Shown: piece by piece, positions 16,271 through 26,833 of the stretch | Layout of the letters: every line of letters starts with the position of its first letter | Numbering within the stretch: position 1 is the stretch's first letter | Assembly: GCA_963675525.2 (NCBI GenBank) | Contig: CAXXSL010000008.1 | Location: forward strand, 192,001 to 256,000 | DNA length: 64,000 nt | Reading direction: 5' to 3' | DNA from: Anaerohalosphaeraceae bacterium | Lineage (GTDB): Bacteria > Planctomycetota > Phycisphaerae > Sedimentisphaerales > Anaerohalosphaeraceae | Notes under the pieces: model-generated | What the model was told of the DNA's origin: nothing | Database searches by the model: none | The model's input: only the letters and a program-made list of their open reading frames with translations | Made by a program: the position numbers and the translations under genes

Positions 16271-17515
16271 TCATTGTGTCATTGCCTGAATAATTTGCTC
16301 TGAGGCGATATCCGCCCCGTCCGGCTCAGCCTGAAGCTGAAGCGAGAGTGCTTTTGCCCGTTCGTGCATATTTTTGTCATGCAGGATGCTTTGGATCGTT
16401 GAGGTGAAAATCGGTGAAAGAACCCGGCTGACTTTCAACCGTCTGGAAACACCCAAGTGTGCGGCACGGATGGCATTATCAAATTGGTCATGTCCATGGG
16501 GAATGACCAAACTCGGGACACCGGCTCGCAGGGTTTCGGCAGTTGTGTTCAATCCGCCGTGATGAATGACCATGCCGGCATGGGGAAAGACCCAGCCGTA
16601 CGGGGCGAAATCGATTGCGATGATGTCCCTTTTGGAGTCAGCAAATTTTGTCAGGTCCTTGCCAATTAGTAAACACGGCCAATCGAGACAGCGACAGGCT
16701 TTGGCGGCACTTTGATAAATTTCATCGCCATGCAGTGATGCTGTCGAGCCCAATCCAACAACAACGGGCGGCTTTGGGCCCTCAAACAGCCGAATAATTT
16801 GATTCGGGACATCCGGCCAATCTTTGATGTGCTCGTCACGAACAAATCCGCAGATTTTCGAATTTGAGAAATCATCTTTTGCGTAATCTTTCAGCAATGT
16901 TGACCAGAGGCCGAGATTCAGGCGGGCTTTCTCATAAATGTCCGGCAAGCTTTGAATTGTATGCGGGATCCCGTGTTTGCGACAACGGTATCCCAAGGAA
17001 TGCTTCAATCCGAGGCCCATCAAAAACCGAATTCCTCGAACCTGAAGCTTTCGAATCCACGACGGCCATTCCATATAACTCAAATATACGGGAGGATGAA
17101 CATTGAACCAGCCCACCGGTGTCGGGCTTAATGTGACATACGGAATCGATTTCTCTTTAGCAGCGATCATGCCGCCGTATTCCAGTAAGTGGCAGGCAAC
17201 CATATCAGGACTTTCTTTTTCAAGCAACTCCTTCATTGCATGGTACATGACGGGAACTGTTTTCACGACTAAATTCCAGACCGCCCTTGGGCCCTTTCGG
17301 GCATGGAGGTAATCAGGATTGTCGGCAATCTCCCGAAACACATCGAAATACTCTCCGGCCGGAAAGAAACGCAAACCGGCTTCGGTGATTACCTTTTCAT
17401 AGTAAGGATTGGATATGAAAATGATGTCGGCGCCCTTGTCCCGCAGTGCCCGCGCCAACCCCAGACAGGGATTAAAGTCACCCGAGGAGCCAAAACTGGA
17501 GATCACAACCTTCAT
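16271..17515 (-). CDS. GT1-family (GT-B) glycosyltransferase
   Basis: GSSGDFNP...LARAL; IHHGGLNTTAE.LRAGVP; DQFDNA. Confidence 0.88.
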   Translation of the reverse strand: MKVVISSFGSSGDFNPCLGLARALRDKGADIIFISNPYYEKVITEAGLRFFPAGEYFDVFREIADNPDYLHARKGPRAVWNLVVKTVPVMYHAMKELLEKESPDMVACHLLEYGGMIAAKEKSIPYVTLSPTPVGWFNVHPPVYLSYMEWPSWIRKLQVRGIRFLMGLGLKHSLGYRCRKHGIPHTIQSLPDIYEKARLNLGLWSTLLKDYAKDDFSNSKICGFVRDEHIKDWPDVPNQIIRLFEGPKPPVVVGLGSTASLHGDEIYQSAAKACRCLDWPCLLIGKDLTKFADSKRDIIAIDFAPYGWVFPHAGMVIHHGGLNTTAETLRAGVPSLVIPHGHDQFDNAIRAAHLGVSRRLKVSRVLSPIFTSTIQSILHDKNMHERAKALSLQLQAEPDGADIASEQIIQAMTQ

Positions 17516-17537
17516 AATCTGCTCATGATACTTTCGA

Positions 17538-19022
17538 TTAGTAGCGTTTTCTGAAACGTGCGGTGGGGATGTTGAGGATTTTGCGGTATTTGGCAACAGT
17601 CCGCCGGGCAATGTCACAGAAGCCGGCCCCAATCAGCTTTTCACGCAGAGCATCGTCGCTGAGCGGGTTGGATTTGTCCTCGTTGTCCACGATCTCCTGC
17701 AGTTTGGCCTTGATGGCATCCCAACTGCGTTCCTGGCCGTTGTCGTCTTCCATGCCGCCGCTGAAGAAACTGCGCAGCGGCAGAATGCCCTGCGGGCACT
17801 GGACGTACTTTCCGGAGACGGCGCGAGACACCGTCGCCAGATGCACCCCGACCTCGTCGGCGATCGTGGCCATCGGCAGCGGCCGCAAATGAAGCTTGCC
17901 TTTGGAGAAAAACTCTTTCTGATGCCGAACGATCGCACCGGCGACTCTCAACAGGGTTTGTTTCCGCTGCTGGATGGCATCCATAAACCATTGTGCCGAA
18001 CGAATGTTTTTTTGTAAGAACTGCCGCGTCTGTTCATCGACGCCCCGATTGCGTGCCATCTTTTCATAGAAATTATTGACTCGCAGGTTCAACTGCTGCG
18101 TGTCTCTGAGCCGCACGGTATATCCCTCAGCCTCATCCTGCTCAATGATCACATCGGCCATGACGGGATGATTTTCATTTCGCCCCACCAAAAGACCCGG
18201 CGAGGTATCCAGTTTGCTCATGCGTTCGATCGCGAGGTTGACTCGCTCAACACTGCAATCCATTTTTTTGGCAATCTGCGGAAGATGATTTTCAAGCAAC
18301 TCGTCCCAGTGCTCGCGGACCAGACGCATTTCAAACAACATCTCGTCGGATGACTGAAGCATCTGGATCAACAGGCATTCCTGAACGTTGCGAGCCCCTA
18401 CACCGGTCGGCTCAAGTTTCTGCACCAACTCGAGCGCCTGCTGAAGATGTTCGATGCCGAAGTCCTGTTTGTCCCTATTCTGCAATTGTTCCAGGTGAAT
18501 CGTCAGGTAGCCTTTTTCGTCCAGGTAATCAATAATCAACTCGCCGGCAGCCTTGACCTTTTCGTCAGCATCGATCAATCGCCATTGTTCTTTTAAAGAA
18601 TCGTTCAAGGACTGGCCTGTCGCCGCGGTGTTCTGAAGGGCCTCCATTTTTTTGTCGGGATCACCGCTGGCATGCTGATGCTGCACGCGATAGCTGAAGG
18701 CTTCAGAACCGTTCACATAGTCGCCAAACTCGGTGTCCATATTTTCCAGGCGCTGGAAATCCTCGACATGATCGGAATCTTCCCCCACCACCAACTCCTG
18801 ACTTTCGGGTATATCGGGGGTATCATCTTCGATTGTTTCAACCTGCTCCGGCGGCTCTTCGACCAGTTCCAAAACGGGATTACTGTTCAATTCCGTTTCG
18901 ATCTTTTCCTGTAATGCCATCAGCGGAAGCTGCAAAACCTCCATCGACTGAATCATGCGCGGAGCCAGCTTCATCTTCTGCTCCATCCGCATTTGACCGG
19001 TCATCGAAAGTTTCATGGACAT
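17538..19022 (-). CDS. rpoN: RNA polymerase sigma-54 factor
   Basis: Q/L-rich region I, HLATVSRA HTH, RpoN box ARRTVAKYR. Confidence 0.97.
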   Translation of the reverse strand: MSMKLSMTGQMRMEQKMKLAPRMIQSMEVLQLPLMALQEKIETELNSNPVLELVEEPPEQVETIEDDTPDIPESQELVVGEDSDHVEDFQRLENMDTEFGDYVNGSEAFSYRVQHQHASGDPDKKMEALQNTAATGQSLNDSLKEQWRLIDADEKVKAAGELIIDYLDEKGYLTIHLEQLQNRDKQDFGIEHLQQALELVQKLEPTGVGARNVQECLLIQMLQSSDEMLFEMRLVREHWDELLENHLPQIAKKMDCSVERVNLAIERMSKLDTSPGLLVGRNENHPVMADVIIEQDEAEGYTVRLRDTQQLNLRVNNFYEKMARNRGVDEQTRQFLQKNIRSAQWFMDAIQQRKQTLLRVAGAIVRHQKEFFSKGKLHLRPLPMATIADEVGVHLATVSRAVSGKYVQCPQGILPLRSFFSGGMEDDNGQERSWDAIKAKLQEIVDNEDKSNPLSDDALREKLIGAGFCDIARRTVAKYRKILNIPTARFRKRY

Positions 19023-19122
19023 ACGCTAAGTCCTTTATTAATAGTGTTTAACATAGCTGACATACAGTATAGCAGGTTGAAAGCAAAAATCATACCGTTT
19101 TTTCAAAATTGGCAAAATAGAT

Positions 19123-19725
19123 TCAAAATCCAGTGCGATTCAGGATCGCATCGGTCAGAATCGAACCCGTTGAAAATTCGATGCTGGAACCGGCCGGAAG
19201 ACCGCGGGCCAGTCGTGTCACTTTGATATTGAACGGCTGCAGCAATGAATGGATGTAAAGCGATGTTCCATCGCCTTCGAGGTTGGGGTTGGTTGCCATA
19301 ACAACTTCATTGACGGAACCTTCGCGAATACGCTTGATCAGTGCATCAATGGTCAAATCATCCGGTTCGATCCCTTCCAACGGAGCAATGTGCCCATTAA
19401 GTACGTGATAGGTCCACTTGCAAAGCCCTGTTTTCTCGAGGCTGATAACATCCTTGGGTTGTTCAACCACACAAATTACGGTGTGATCGCGCCGGGAATC
19501 GGAACAAATAGAACATATCTTCGACTCGGCCAGATTAAAACAAACCTGACATTGATGAATATTCTGTTTGACGCTGGAAATGGCATTTGCCAGTGCCATC
19601 GCATCCGGGACATCGGATTTTAAGATATAAAATGCCAGGCGTTCGGCCGTTTTGGGGCCAATGCCGGGAAGTTTTCCGAATTGCTCAACAAGCTCATTTA
19701 AACTCTTTGTATAAGCCGGATTCAT
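19123..19725 (-). CDS. recR: Recombination mediator RecR
   Basis: LPGIGPKTAERLA HhH, C4 zinc finger, TOPRIM ATNPNLEGD. Confidence 0.97.
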   Translation of the reverse strand: MNPAYTKSLNELVEQFGKLPGIGPKTAERLAFYILKSDVPDAMALANAISSVKQNIHQCQVCFNLAESKICSICSDSRRDHTVICVVEQPKDVISLEKTGLCKWTYHVLNGHIAPLEGIEPDDLTIDALIKRIREGSVNEVVMATNPNLEGDGTSLYIHSLLQPFNIKVTRLARGLPAGSSIEFSTGSILTDAILNRTGF

Positions 19726-21428
19726 GCTTCGTCCACCATTTGCTCTTCAACCTCTAGCGGTTCTTCGACTCGAATCTTCTGGATATCAACCGGAGTTGCA
19801 TCGAGGGCCTTGAGTATTATTTGCACCGCCGGATCATTCAGCACTTCATTGCGCTGAGCACGATTGGCCTGTGGCGGAACCACTTCTTTTTTTGAACTCG
19901 ATTCAACCGCATGGCCTTCTGAAAAACGAACCGTCACGGTTTTTGAAAGCATCTGCGAAAAAACCACCTCCAGGATGCCCGCTTTTCGTTCACACATACT
20001 TTTGGCCAGTTGACCCTGGCCGGTCTTGCCGAATTGTATCTCAAGAACATCATTTTGATAACTGACCGGCCGTCCCTGCTGGAGAAACATCGCCAGTGAG
20101 GCGTCCTTCTCTGAAAAAGCTTCGGCTATCGCCGGCCATGATGACCGAATGGATCCAATGGTTGCTTCTACCGAAACGCCTGTCGGCACCTTTTGCGAGA
20201 CGGCATGGCCACTGGAAACGACCGAGGCTGATGATGGTCCACTGTCAGCGGCTATCAACTTTTTTTTTACGTCTGTCGGGGCTCGATGCAAACCAACGGC
20301 CGACGCATTCAGTTGAGCCAGGCCGATAAAATGTTCGCTCAACGCCAGACGCAACAGCAGCGCCTCAAGCAGTGCCCGATTGGTATCGCTGCTGCGAAGT
20401 GTCCAGCGAAGTTTTTCCATGGCTGTGATATTGTATATTAACGCCGGTACATCAAAACCCTCTGCGATCCCTGCGATCTGCTTTTTTTCTTCGGTGGTCA
20501 GTACCAGCACCTTTGAGTCGGCCCCGGCACACAAAAACACCATCAAATCCCGCATATTATCGATCAGTAAATCACAAATCTGGCCGGCACTTTGACCACT
20601 GTCGATCAACTGATCGATCGCATCCAATACGTCTGCGGCGTTACCGGCGGCGATGCCGGACAGTAAATTCATAACCTTCTGCCTGTCCGGAATTCCCACC
20701 AGTTCATTCAACTGACCGGCCGTCAGGGGTTGTTGACCGGCACTGATGAGTTGATCCAGCAGACTCAGGGCATCCCGCATAGAACCGCTGGCCAGACGGG
20801 ACAAATAAACGATCAAATCGTCTTCGTATGTGATCTTTTCGTCTTTGAGGATTTTTTTGAGCTGCTGGCCGATCACCTCAGCACTGATGTTCTGGAAATC
20901 AAATCGCTGACAACGGGATTGGATCGTCGCAAGCACTTTGTTGGGTTCGGTCGTGGCAAAGATAAACTTGACGTGCTCGGGCGGTTCTTCGAGAATTTTC
21001 AGCAGTGCGTTAAACGCCCCGGTGCTGAGCATGTGGACTTCATCGATGATATAAATTTTATATCGTGCCCTTGCAGGCCGATAAATGGCGTTTTCGCGAA
21101 GCTGACGAATGTTATCCACACCCGTATTGCTGGCACCATCGATCTCAATAACGTCGATATCTTCGCCCTGGTTGACGGACACACAACTGTCGCATTTCAA
21201 ACACGGGGTTACCGTCGGGCCGTCGGCTTGAAGACAATTCAGCGACTTGGCGAGAATACGTGCCATGGTGGTTTTGCCCACACCGCGCGTACCGCAAAAC
21301 AGGTAGGCATGTGCCACGCGTCCCATCCCGATGGCGTTTTTCAATGTTTTTGCAACGGTATCCTGTCCGACCACGTCGTCAAATGTCTGTGAGCGGTATC
21401 TCCGAGCTATAACAGTATAGGCCATCAA
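19722..21428 (-). CDS. dnaX: DNA polymerase III subunit gamma/tau
   Basis: GTRGVGKTT, IIDEVHML, SRC, GSMRDALSLLDQ. Confidence 0.97.
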   Translation of the reverse strand: MMAYTVIARRYRSQTFDDVVGQDTVAKTLKNAIGMGRVAHAYLFCGTRGVGKTTMARILAKSLNCLQADGPTVTPCLKCDSCVSVNQGEDIDVIEIDGASNTGVDNIRQLRENAIYRPARARYKIYIIDEVHMLSTGAFNALLKILEEPPEHVKFIFATTEPNKVLATIQSRCQRFDFQNISAEVIGQQLKKILKDEKITYEDDLIVYLSRLASGSMRDALSLLDQLISAGQQPLTAGQLNELVGIPDRQKVMNLLSGIAAGNAADVLDAIDQLIDSGQSAGQICDLLIDNMRDLMVFLCAGADSKVLVLTTEEKKQIAGIAEGFDVPALIYNITAMEKLRWTLRSSDTNRALLEALLLRLALSEHFIGLAQLNASAVGLHRAPTDVKKKLIAADSGPSSASVVSSGHAVSQKVPTGVSVEATIGSIRSSWPAIAEAFSEKDASLAMFLQQGRPVSYQNDVLEIQFGKTGQGQLAKSMCERKAGILEVVFSQMLSKTVTVRFSEGHAVESSSKKEVVPPQANRAQRNEVLNDPAVQIILKALDATPVDIQKIRVEEPLEVEEQMVDEA

Positions 21429-21542
21429 CTATTCCCAATTTCAATTTACAATTTTCCAATTGAAAGTACAGTAAATACCTTATACCAGAACCACATGAAA
21501 ATCAATTGAAAATAGAAAATAGGAATTTGAAAATAAAAAAAG

Positions 21543-21640
21543 GTGGTCGGGTTGGCCACGCACAACAAAGGGTACGCTTATGGCTGCTCGGTTCCCCGCC
21601 TGACCAGGTTCGCGTCCAATGCTTGCATGGGACCCGACCG
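21543..21640 (-). ncRNA. ffs: SRP RNA (4.5S)
   Basis: Minus strand GGTCAGG-CGG-GGAA-CCG-AGCAGCC domain-IV motif; terminal stem GGTCGGGT/ACCCGACC; conserved position upstream of dnaX. Confidence 0.9.
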
Positions 21641-21793
21641 CGAATAAATGCGACAATCCCATCTGAAAGTAAGGTTTCACAGTGTATCGTGTCCATTTTA
21701 CATTTCCAGCAAAAAATCTACAAAAATCATTTATTCGCCCTTTCATTCGGGTATAATTGCAGAAAACAGCGGTTATTATCAGGAGAGCCGATT

Positions 21794-21976
21794 ATGAATG
21801 TCCGGATAGAAGAAAATTGTACTGCTTGCGGGTTGTGCGTTGACACATGCCCGGATGTGTTCGAAATGGGTGATGAGGTCGCTCTGGTCATCGTCGATGA
21901 AGTTCCTGCTGAGATGGAAGATGCGGTCCAGCAGGCCGCCGACGAGTGCCCTGTCGAAGCTATCGTGGTGGAATGA
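21794..21976 (+). CDS. Single-cluster ferredoxin
   Basis: CTACGLC...CP...CPVEAI; 60 aa; GGAG SD. Confidence 0.9.
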   Translation: MNVRIEENCTACGLCVDTCPDVFEMGDEVALVIVDEVPAEMEDAVQQAADECPVEAIVVE

Positions 21977-22077
21977 CTGATTTAAACACCCTCCCAGATC
22001 AAAATTCAGAAGCAACAATAAACTGTTGAACACCGGGATTCAACAGCACGATTATTCTATAGTGTAGGAGGCTTTTT

Positions 22078-22995
22078 ATGGAACGACGTCGTTTTCTCGC
22101 AACCAGTCTCATATCGGCCGCAGGAATTCATTTTGCCGCTCAATCACTTTCAGCACAAGAAACGACTCAAGTTCCCCCTGTCAAACCACTGCAGCTTAAG
22201 TATGCGCCCGGCCCGGGGATGTTTAAAAATCTGGCAGGCAACGATTATTTTGACCAGATCAAATTTATCCACGATCAGGGTTTTGGGGGGTTCTTTGATA
22301 ACGGTCTGATGGGTAAGCCGGCAAATATGCAGGAAAAAATCGCCAATACCCTTCGTGACTATAACATGGAACTGGGACCTTTTGTTTTGTACGCGGATTT
22401 TGGAGTGAAAAGTTTCGTAACCCGTAATTCCGACATTCGCACCATGCTGGCCGATAAGATGAAACAAGGCGTCATGACGGCTAAACGGGCCGGGGCTAAG
22501 TGGGCGCTTGTTGTACCGGGACGCTATGACGAGAGCCTTGAATGGGATTACCAGACGGCCAATGTCGTAGATAACTTGAAATACTGTGCCGAGATTTGCC
22601 AGGAAGCCGGATTGACGATTGTTATCGAACCCCTGAATCCGCACGACCACCCGGGACTGTTTTTAACCAAAATTCCTCAAGCCTACCAAATCTGTAAAGC
22701 CGTTAACAACCCATCCTGTAAAATTATCAACGATCTGTATCACCAGCAAATCACCGAAGGCAATCTGATCAACAACATTGACCGGGCTTGGGACCAAATT
22801 GGCGCGTTTCATCTCGGTGATAATCCGGGACGCAAAGAGCCCGGAACCGGTGAGATCAATTACAAAACCATTTTTAAACATCTCCATCAAAAAGGATACA
22901 ATGGTATCTTGTGCATGGAGCATGGTATCAGCGGCAACGGTCGTGAGGGAGAGATCGCGCTGATCGAAGCGTATCGTGCATGTGACAGTTTCTAA
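22078..22995 (+). CDS. Tat-exported hydroxypyruvate-isomerase-like TIM-barrel protein
   Basis: RRRFL Tat motif; IEPLN, DLYHQQ, DNPGRKEPGTGEINY. Confidence 0.85.
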   Translation: MERRRFLATSLISAAGIHFAAQSLSAQETTQVPPVKPLQLKYAPGPGMFKNLAGNDYFDQIKFIHDQGFGGFFDNGLMGKPANMQEKIANTLRDYNMELGPFVLYADFGVKSFVTRNSDIRTMLADKMKQGVMTAKRAGAKWALVVPGRYDESLEWDYQTANVVDNLKYCAEICQEAGLTIVIEPLNPHDHPGLFLTKIPQAYQICKAVNNPSCKIINDLYHQQITEGNLINNIDRAWDQIGAFHLGDNPGRKEPGTGEINYKTIFKHLHQKGYNGILCMEHGISGNGREGEIALIEAYRACDSF

Positions 22996-23020
22996 AATCA
23001 AACTAAAAAAGGGAGTCGAA

Positions 23021-23653
23021 ATGCGATCAAAAACCAAATGTCTCACATTATTTTGCAGTTTCTTTGTCATGCTGTTTGTACTGAGCGGTTGCTCGCAAAA
23101 CATCGCCTTATTGAACGGGAAAAATCTGGACGGTTGGAAGCCGGTGCTGTCGAATAGCGATGCCGACCCGGCGGATGTCTGGTCGGTAAAGGATGGTGTA
23201 CTGCGATGTGAAGGAACCCCTAACGGTTACATCCGTACGGCAAGTCACTATTCGAATTATAAACTGCATCTGGAATGGCGATGGACCGACAAACCGACGA
23301 ACAGCGGGATTCTGCTGCATATCACGGGAGAAGATAAGATCTGGCCCAACTGCATCGAAGCTCAGTTAATGTATCAAAATGCCGGCGATTTCTACGCCAT
23401 CGGAGGAACCGGCTTTAACGAGCTTAAAGAAGGTAATCGGCTTGAGAAAAAGTACGCCACTAACGAAACGGAGCCGGGCCAATGGAATACGTATGATATT
23501 GTCTGCATAGACCATACCATTACATTGCATGTCAATGGACTTCTGCAGAATCAGGCATCCGGAACCAGTATCAACTCCGGAATGATCGGATTGCAATCAG
23601 AAGGCTCCCCCATCGAATTCAGAAATATAATACTTACACCGATTAAAAAGTAA
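23021..23653 (+). CDS. DUF1080 (3-keto-disaccharide hydrolase-like) lipoprotein
   Basis: LSGC lipobox; NGKNLDGW, NSGI, GQWN, IGLQSEG...FRNI. Confidence 0.85.
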   Translation: MRSKTKCLTLFCSFFVMLFVLSGCSQNIALLNGKNLDGWKPVLSNSDADPADVWSVKDGVLRCEGTPNGYIRTASHYSNYKLHLEWRWTDKPTNSGILLHITGEDKIWPNCIEAQLMYQNAGDFYAIGGTGFNELKEGNRLEKKYATNETEPGQWNTYDIVCIDHTITLHVNGLLQNQASGTSINSGMIGLQSEGSPIEFRNIILTPIKK

Positions 23654-23656
23654 GGA

Positions 23657-24940
23657 ATGATCATGGACCGAAGAGAATTTGTAAAGAATGCTGCTGTTAT
23701 CTCCGCGGGCGCAATGGCATTATCCAACAGTGCATTGTTTGCTGCGGGCTCGGAATTAATGAAAGTGGCCCTGGTCGGCTGCGGCGGACGCGGTCAAGAT
23801 GCTCTGGACAACTTTCAGGAAGCGGCCGGACATGTGGGAATTGCAATTGAGATTGTCGGATTGGCGGATTTTTTCAAGGATCAGGCTCTTGCGGCAGCTA
23901 AGAAATTCGGTGTTTCGGAGGACCTTGTTTTTAAAGGCGCCACCGGCTATAAGGATATTATGAAAACCGACGCCGACGTGGTGCTGCTGGTGACGCCCCC
24001 GAATTTCAGACCGATTCACCTGGAAGCGGCGATTGCGGCGGGCAAACATGTCTTCATGGAAAAGCCGGTTGCTGTCGATCCACCCGGGGCACGCAAAATC
24101 ATGGCGGTCGGAGAACTGGCCAAACAAAAAGGTCTTGCAATCGTTGCTGGAACCCAGCGCCGACACGAGCTCGAATATCTCAAAACCCAATATGCCATCG
24201 AAAAAGGAGCCATCGGCGCGATTCGCGGCGGCTCAGTTTACTGGTGCGGCGGCGCCCTATGGTATAAAGATCGCAATCCCGGCGAAGATGACGCGTCCTA
24301 CATGGTTCGCAACTGGGTGAGCTTTACCGAAATGTCCGGAGACCATATCGTTGAGCAACACGTCCATAATCTTGATGTGGCCAACTGGTTTATCGGCAGA
24401 AATCCGGTTTCAGCGATTGGATTTGGCGGACGAGCCCGTCGGAAAACCGGCAATCAATTTGACTTCTTCAGCATCGACCTCGATTACGGAGACGATGTGA
24501 GATTACACAGCATGTGCCGTCAGATCAACGGAACTTATACACGGGTATCGGAAATGTTTACGGGAACACTGGGAGGAACCTGGGGAACCGGCCCCGCTAA
24601 GGACGGGTTCGCAAAAGAAGTTGAAATCCCCGATATGCCTTATGTCGGAAATCCCTATGTGCAGGAGCATGTCGATCTGATCAACAGCATTCGCGAGGGG
24701 AAACCGCTGAACGAAGCAACGAATGTCGGGAGTTCTACGCTGACCGGCATCATGGGACGCATCAGCGCTTATACCGGGAAACTGGTCCGCTGGAAAGACC
24801 TTGTTGACGCAAACAGCGGATCGCCCTGGTATAATCTTGCAATGAGTCCCACGCCGGAGGACTTTGAAAACGGAACCGTTAAGGCTCCTGCAGATGACAT
24901 TGTACCTATTCCGGGCAGCAGCAAAAGGCCAGAGGCTTGA
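23657..24940 (+). CDS. Tat-exported Gfo/Idh/MocA oxidoreductase
   Basis: DRREFV Tat motif; VGCGGRG; HVFMEKPV; EQHVHNLD. Confidence 0.9.
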   Translation: MIMDRREFVKNAAVISAGAMALSNSALFAAGSELMKVALVGCGGRGQDALDNFQEAAGHVGIAIEIVGLADFFKDQALAAAKKFGVSEDLVFKGATGYKDIMKTDADVVLLVTPPNFRPIHLEAAIAAGKHVFMEKPVAVDPPGARKIMAVGELAKQKGLAIVAGTQRRHELEYLKTQYAIEKGAIGAIRGGSVYWCGGALWYKDRNPGEDDASYMVRNWVSFTEMSGDHIVEQHVHNLDVANWFIGRNPVSAIGFGGRARRKTGNQFDFFSIDLDYGDDVRLHSMCRQINGTYTRVSEMFTGTLGGTWGTGPAKDGFAKEVEIPDMPYVGNPYVQEHVDLINSIREGKPLNEATNVGSSTLTGIMGRISAYTGKLVRWKDLVDANSGSPWYNLAMSPTPEDFENGTVKAPADDIVPIPGSSKRPEA

Positions 24941-24969
24941 TTCTGTATAAAACAGGGATGATTATTTTT

Positions 24970-25782
24970 TTAGGTAGCGGACAATTCTTTGCCGCGATTG
25001 CGTGCCGCCGCCAAGGCCCGCAGTACCGTTTCGGAAATTCCCTTTTCGGCAAAGACTTTCAAGGCAGCTTCGGTTGTACCGCCGGGGCTGGTTACTTTTT
25101 GGCGTAAAATGGCGGGATCTTCACCGTTTTCCTGTGCCGCTTCGGCCAGTAAGGCAGCGCCTTTGGCGGTTTGCAGTACGAGTTTTTTGGCGTCGACTTC
25201 GGTCAGACCCAGCGATACACCCGCCTTGATCATCTCTTCCATGAGCAGGAAGAAATAGGCCGGGCCGGAACCACTGACGGCAGTCACGGCATCGATGAGC
25301 TCTTCGTTGTCCACTACGACGGCTTTGCCTACCGAGGTACAAATATCGAGTGCGGCTTTGAGATTTTCCTCTGTAGCCGCGGCATTATACAAACCACTTG
25401 CACCGGCTGAAACCAATGCAGGCGTATTGGGCATGACACGAACAATCTGCACATCGCCCAGATTGGCGCGAATGGATGCGGTCCTGATACCGGCCGCAAT
25501 TGAAATGACCAGCGCATCGGGCTTCAATGTGCCGGCGATGGCCTTCAGTATATCGGGCATGACCTGCGGCTTGACACTTAGAACAACTATATCGGCCTGT
25601 CGGGTCAGTTCGGTATTATCCTTCGTTGTCCGGATATTATATTGGGTCTTCAACTCGTCCAGCCGTTCGGGACGCACATCCGAAACCCAAATGCTGTCCG
25701 CTTTAAACAGACCGGCTTTCAGCACACCCTCCAGAAGGGCCTGGGCCATATTCCCGCCGCCGATAAATCCGATTGTTTTCAT
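24970..25782 (-). CDS. proC: Pyrroline-5-carboxylate reductase
   Basis: FIGGGNM, RVMPNTP, SGSGPAY, VTSPGGTT. Confidence 0.97.
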   Translation of the reverse strand: MKTIGFIGGGNMAQALLEGVLKAGLFKADSIWVSDVRPERLDELKTQYNIRTTKDNTELTRQADIVVLSVKPQVMPDILKAIAGTLKPDALVISIAAGIRTASIRANLGDVQIVRVMPNTPALVSAGASGLYNAAATEENLKAALDICTSVGKAVVVDNEELIDAVTAVSGSGPAYFFLLMEEMIKAGVSLGLTEVDAKKLVLQTAKGAALLAEAAQENGEDPAILRQKVTSPGGTTEAALKVFAEKGISETVLRALAAARNRGKELSAT

Positions 25783-25885
25783 AGTCCATTCCTTATTTAC
25801 TTTAAGACACATTCCGATATGATATTATCCAAAATGACTCGTCAGGTAAACTGTTTTTCTGTTTTTACTTTTTTTTCATTTTTCC

Positions 25886-25913
25886 GGAACGTTTAACGCT
25901 TCCGGGACGACTT
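25886..25913 (+). promoter_or_regulatory. Possible ECF autoregulatory promoter (GGAAC-17 nt-CGACTT)
   Basis: ECF-type -35 AAC motif just upstream of the ECF gene; would give a nearly leaderless mRNA. Confidence 0.4.
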
Positions 25914-25923
25914 AGATTGTGAA

Positions 25924-26466
25924 ATGGTACAGGAAAAGGCGAAAATTTATCACGAATTACTGGTTTTGCAGGCTCAGGCCGGAAATCGGGATTCGTTTGA
26001 GATGCTTGTGAAGCTTTGGGAAAAGCCGTTTTTTTCGTATGCCCGGGCCTACCTTGGCTCTGAAACGGCGGCCTGGGACAGCGTGCAGGAGACGTGGTTG
26101 GTTATCATCCGAAAGCTGAATTCACTGAGCCATCCGGCCAAGTTTAAAAGCTGGGCTTTTCGGATTCTCACCAATAAATGTGCCGACCATTTTCGGAAAA
26201 TCTCGAAAGAGAGAAAAATCGAACAAGCCTTTGTAAAAGAGATGAATCATGAGGATGCCGGAAACCTTAAAAATGAAGCGCTTCAAAAAGCGATGCGGCA
26301 ACTAACTTCCGAACAGAAAACACTGGTGCTGCTGCGATTTAATCAGAACATGAGTATTTTTGAAATTTCAAAAACATTAGATATCCCGGAAGGCACGGTC
26401 AAATCCCGGCTTCACCGGACACTGAACGAACTGAAACTGTCCATTCAAGGAGACGAACATGAATAA
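25924..26466 (+). CDS. ECF sigma factor
   Basis: DSVQETW, FKSWAFRI..N, EIS..LDIPEGTVKSRLHR. Confidence 0.92.
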   Translation: MVQEKAKIYHELLVLQAQAGNRDSFEMLVKLWEKPFFSYARAYLGSETAAWDSVQETWLVIIRKLNSLSHPAKFKSWAFRILTNKCADHFRKISKERKIEQAFVKEMNHEDAGNLKNEALQKAMRQLTSEQKTLVLLRFNQNMSIFEISKTLDIPEGTVKSRLHRTLNELKLSIQGDEHE

Positions 26467-26833
26467 CGATATTGAAAGTAAACTGAACGAATTGTTAAAA
26501 ATGAAAGATGATTTGGACGAACTTAAGTCCGAACGCAAACAGCAGGAGACCGTCGATGATTTTGAGAAAAAGCAGAAAACCTTAAAAATCTGGTACTATG
26601 TCTGGCTGGTGGTTTGTGTTATCATCTGTTGTGCAGGTCTGGCGGGAATGGAGCATAACAGCGATCCCTATAAATGGAACGGTTTGTTTATGGCATTGGT
26701 CGGATTCAATTCGACGATTATGATCAAAATTTGGTATTTCATCAAAGAAACCAAACTCAGTATTCTGCAGGAAATGAAACAGTTGCAAATACAGGTTGCC
26801 AAACTGCGACTTAAAAATGGAAGCCATGATTAA
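26459..26833 (+). CDS. Two-TM protein, putative anti-sigma factor
   Basis: Overlaps the ECF stop; soluble N-terminal helix plus two TM segments. Confidence 0.6.
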   Translation: MNNDIESKLNELLKMKDDLDELKSERKQQETVDDFEKKQKTLKIWYYVWLVVCVIICCAGLAGMEHNSDPYKWNGLFMALVGFNSTIMIKIWYFIKETKLSILQEMKQLQIQVAKLRLKNGSHD

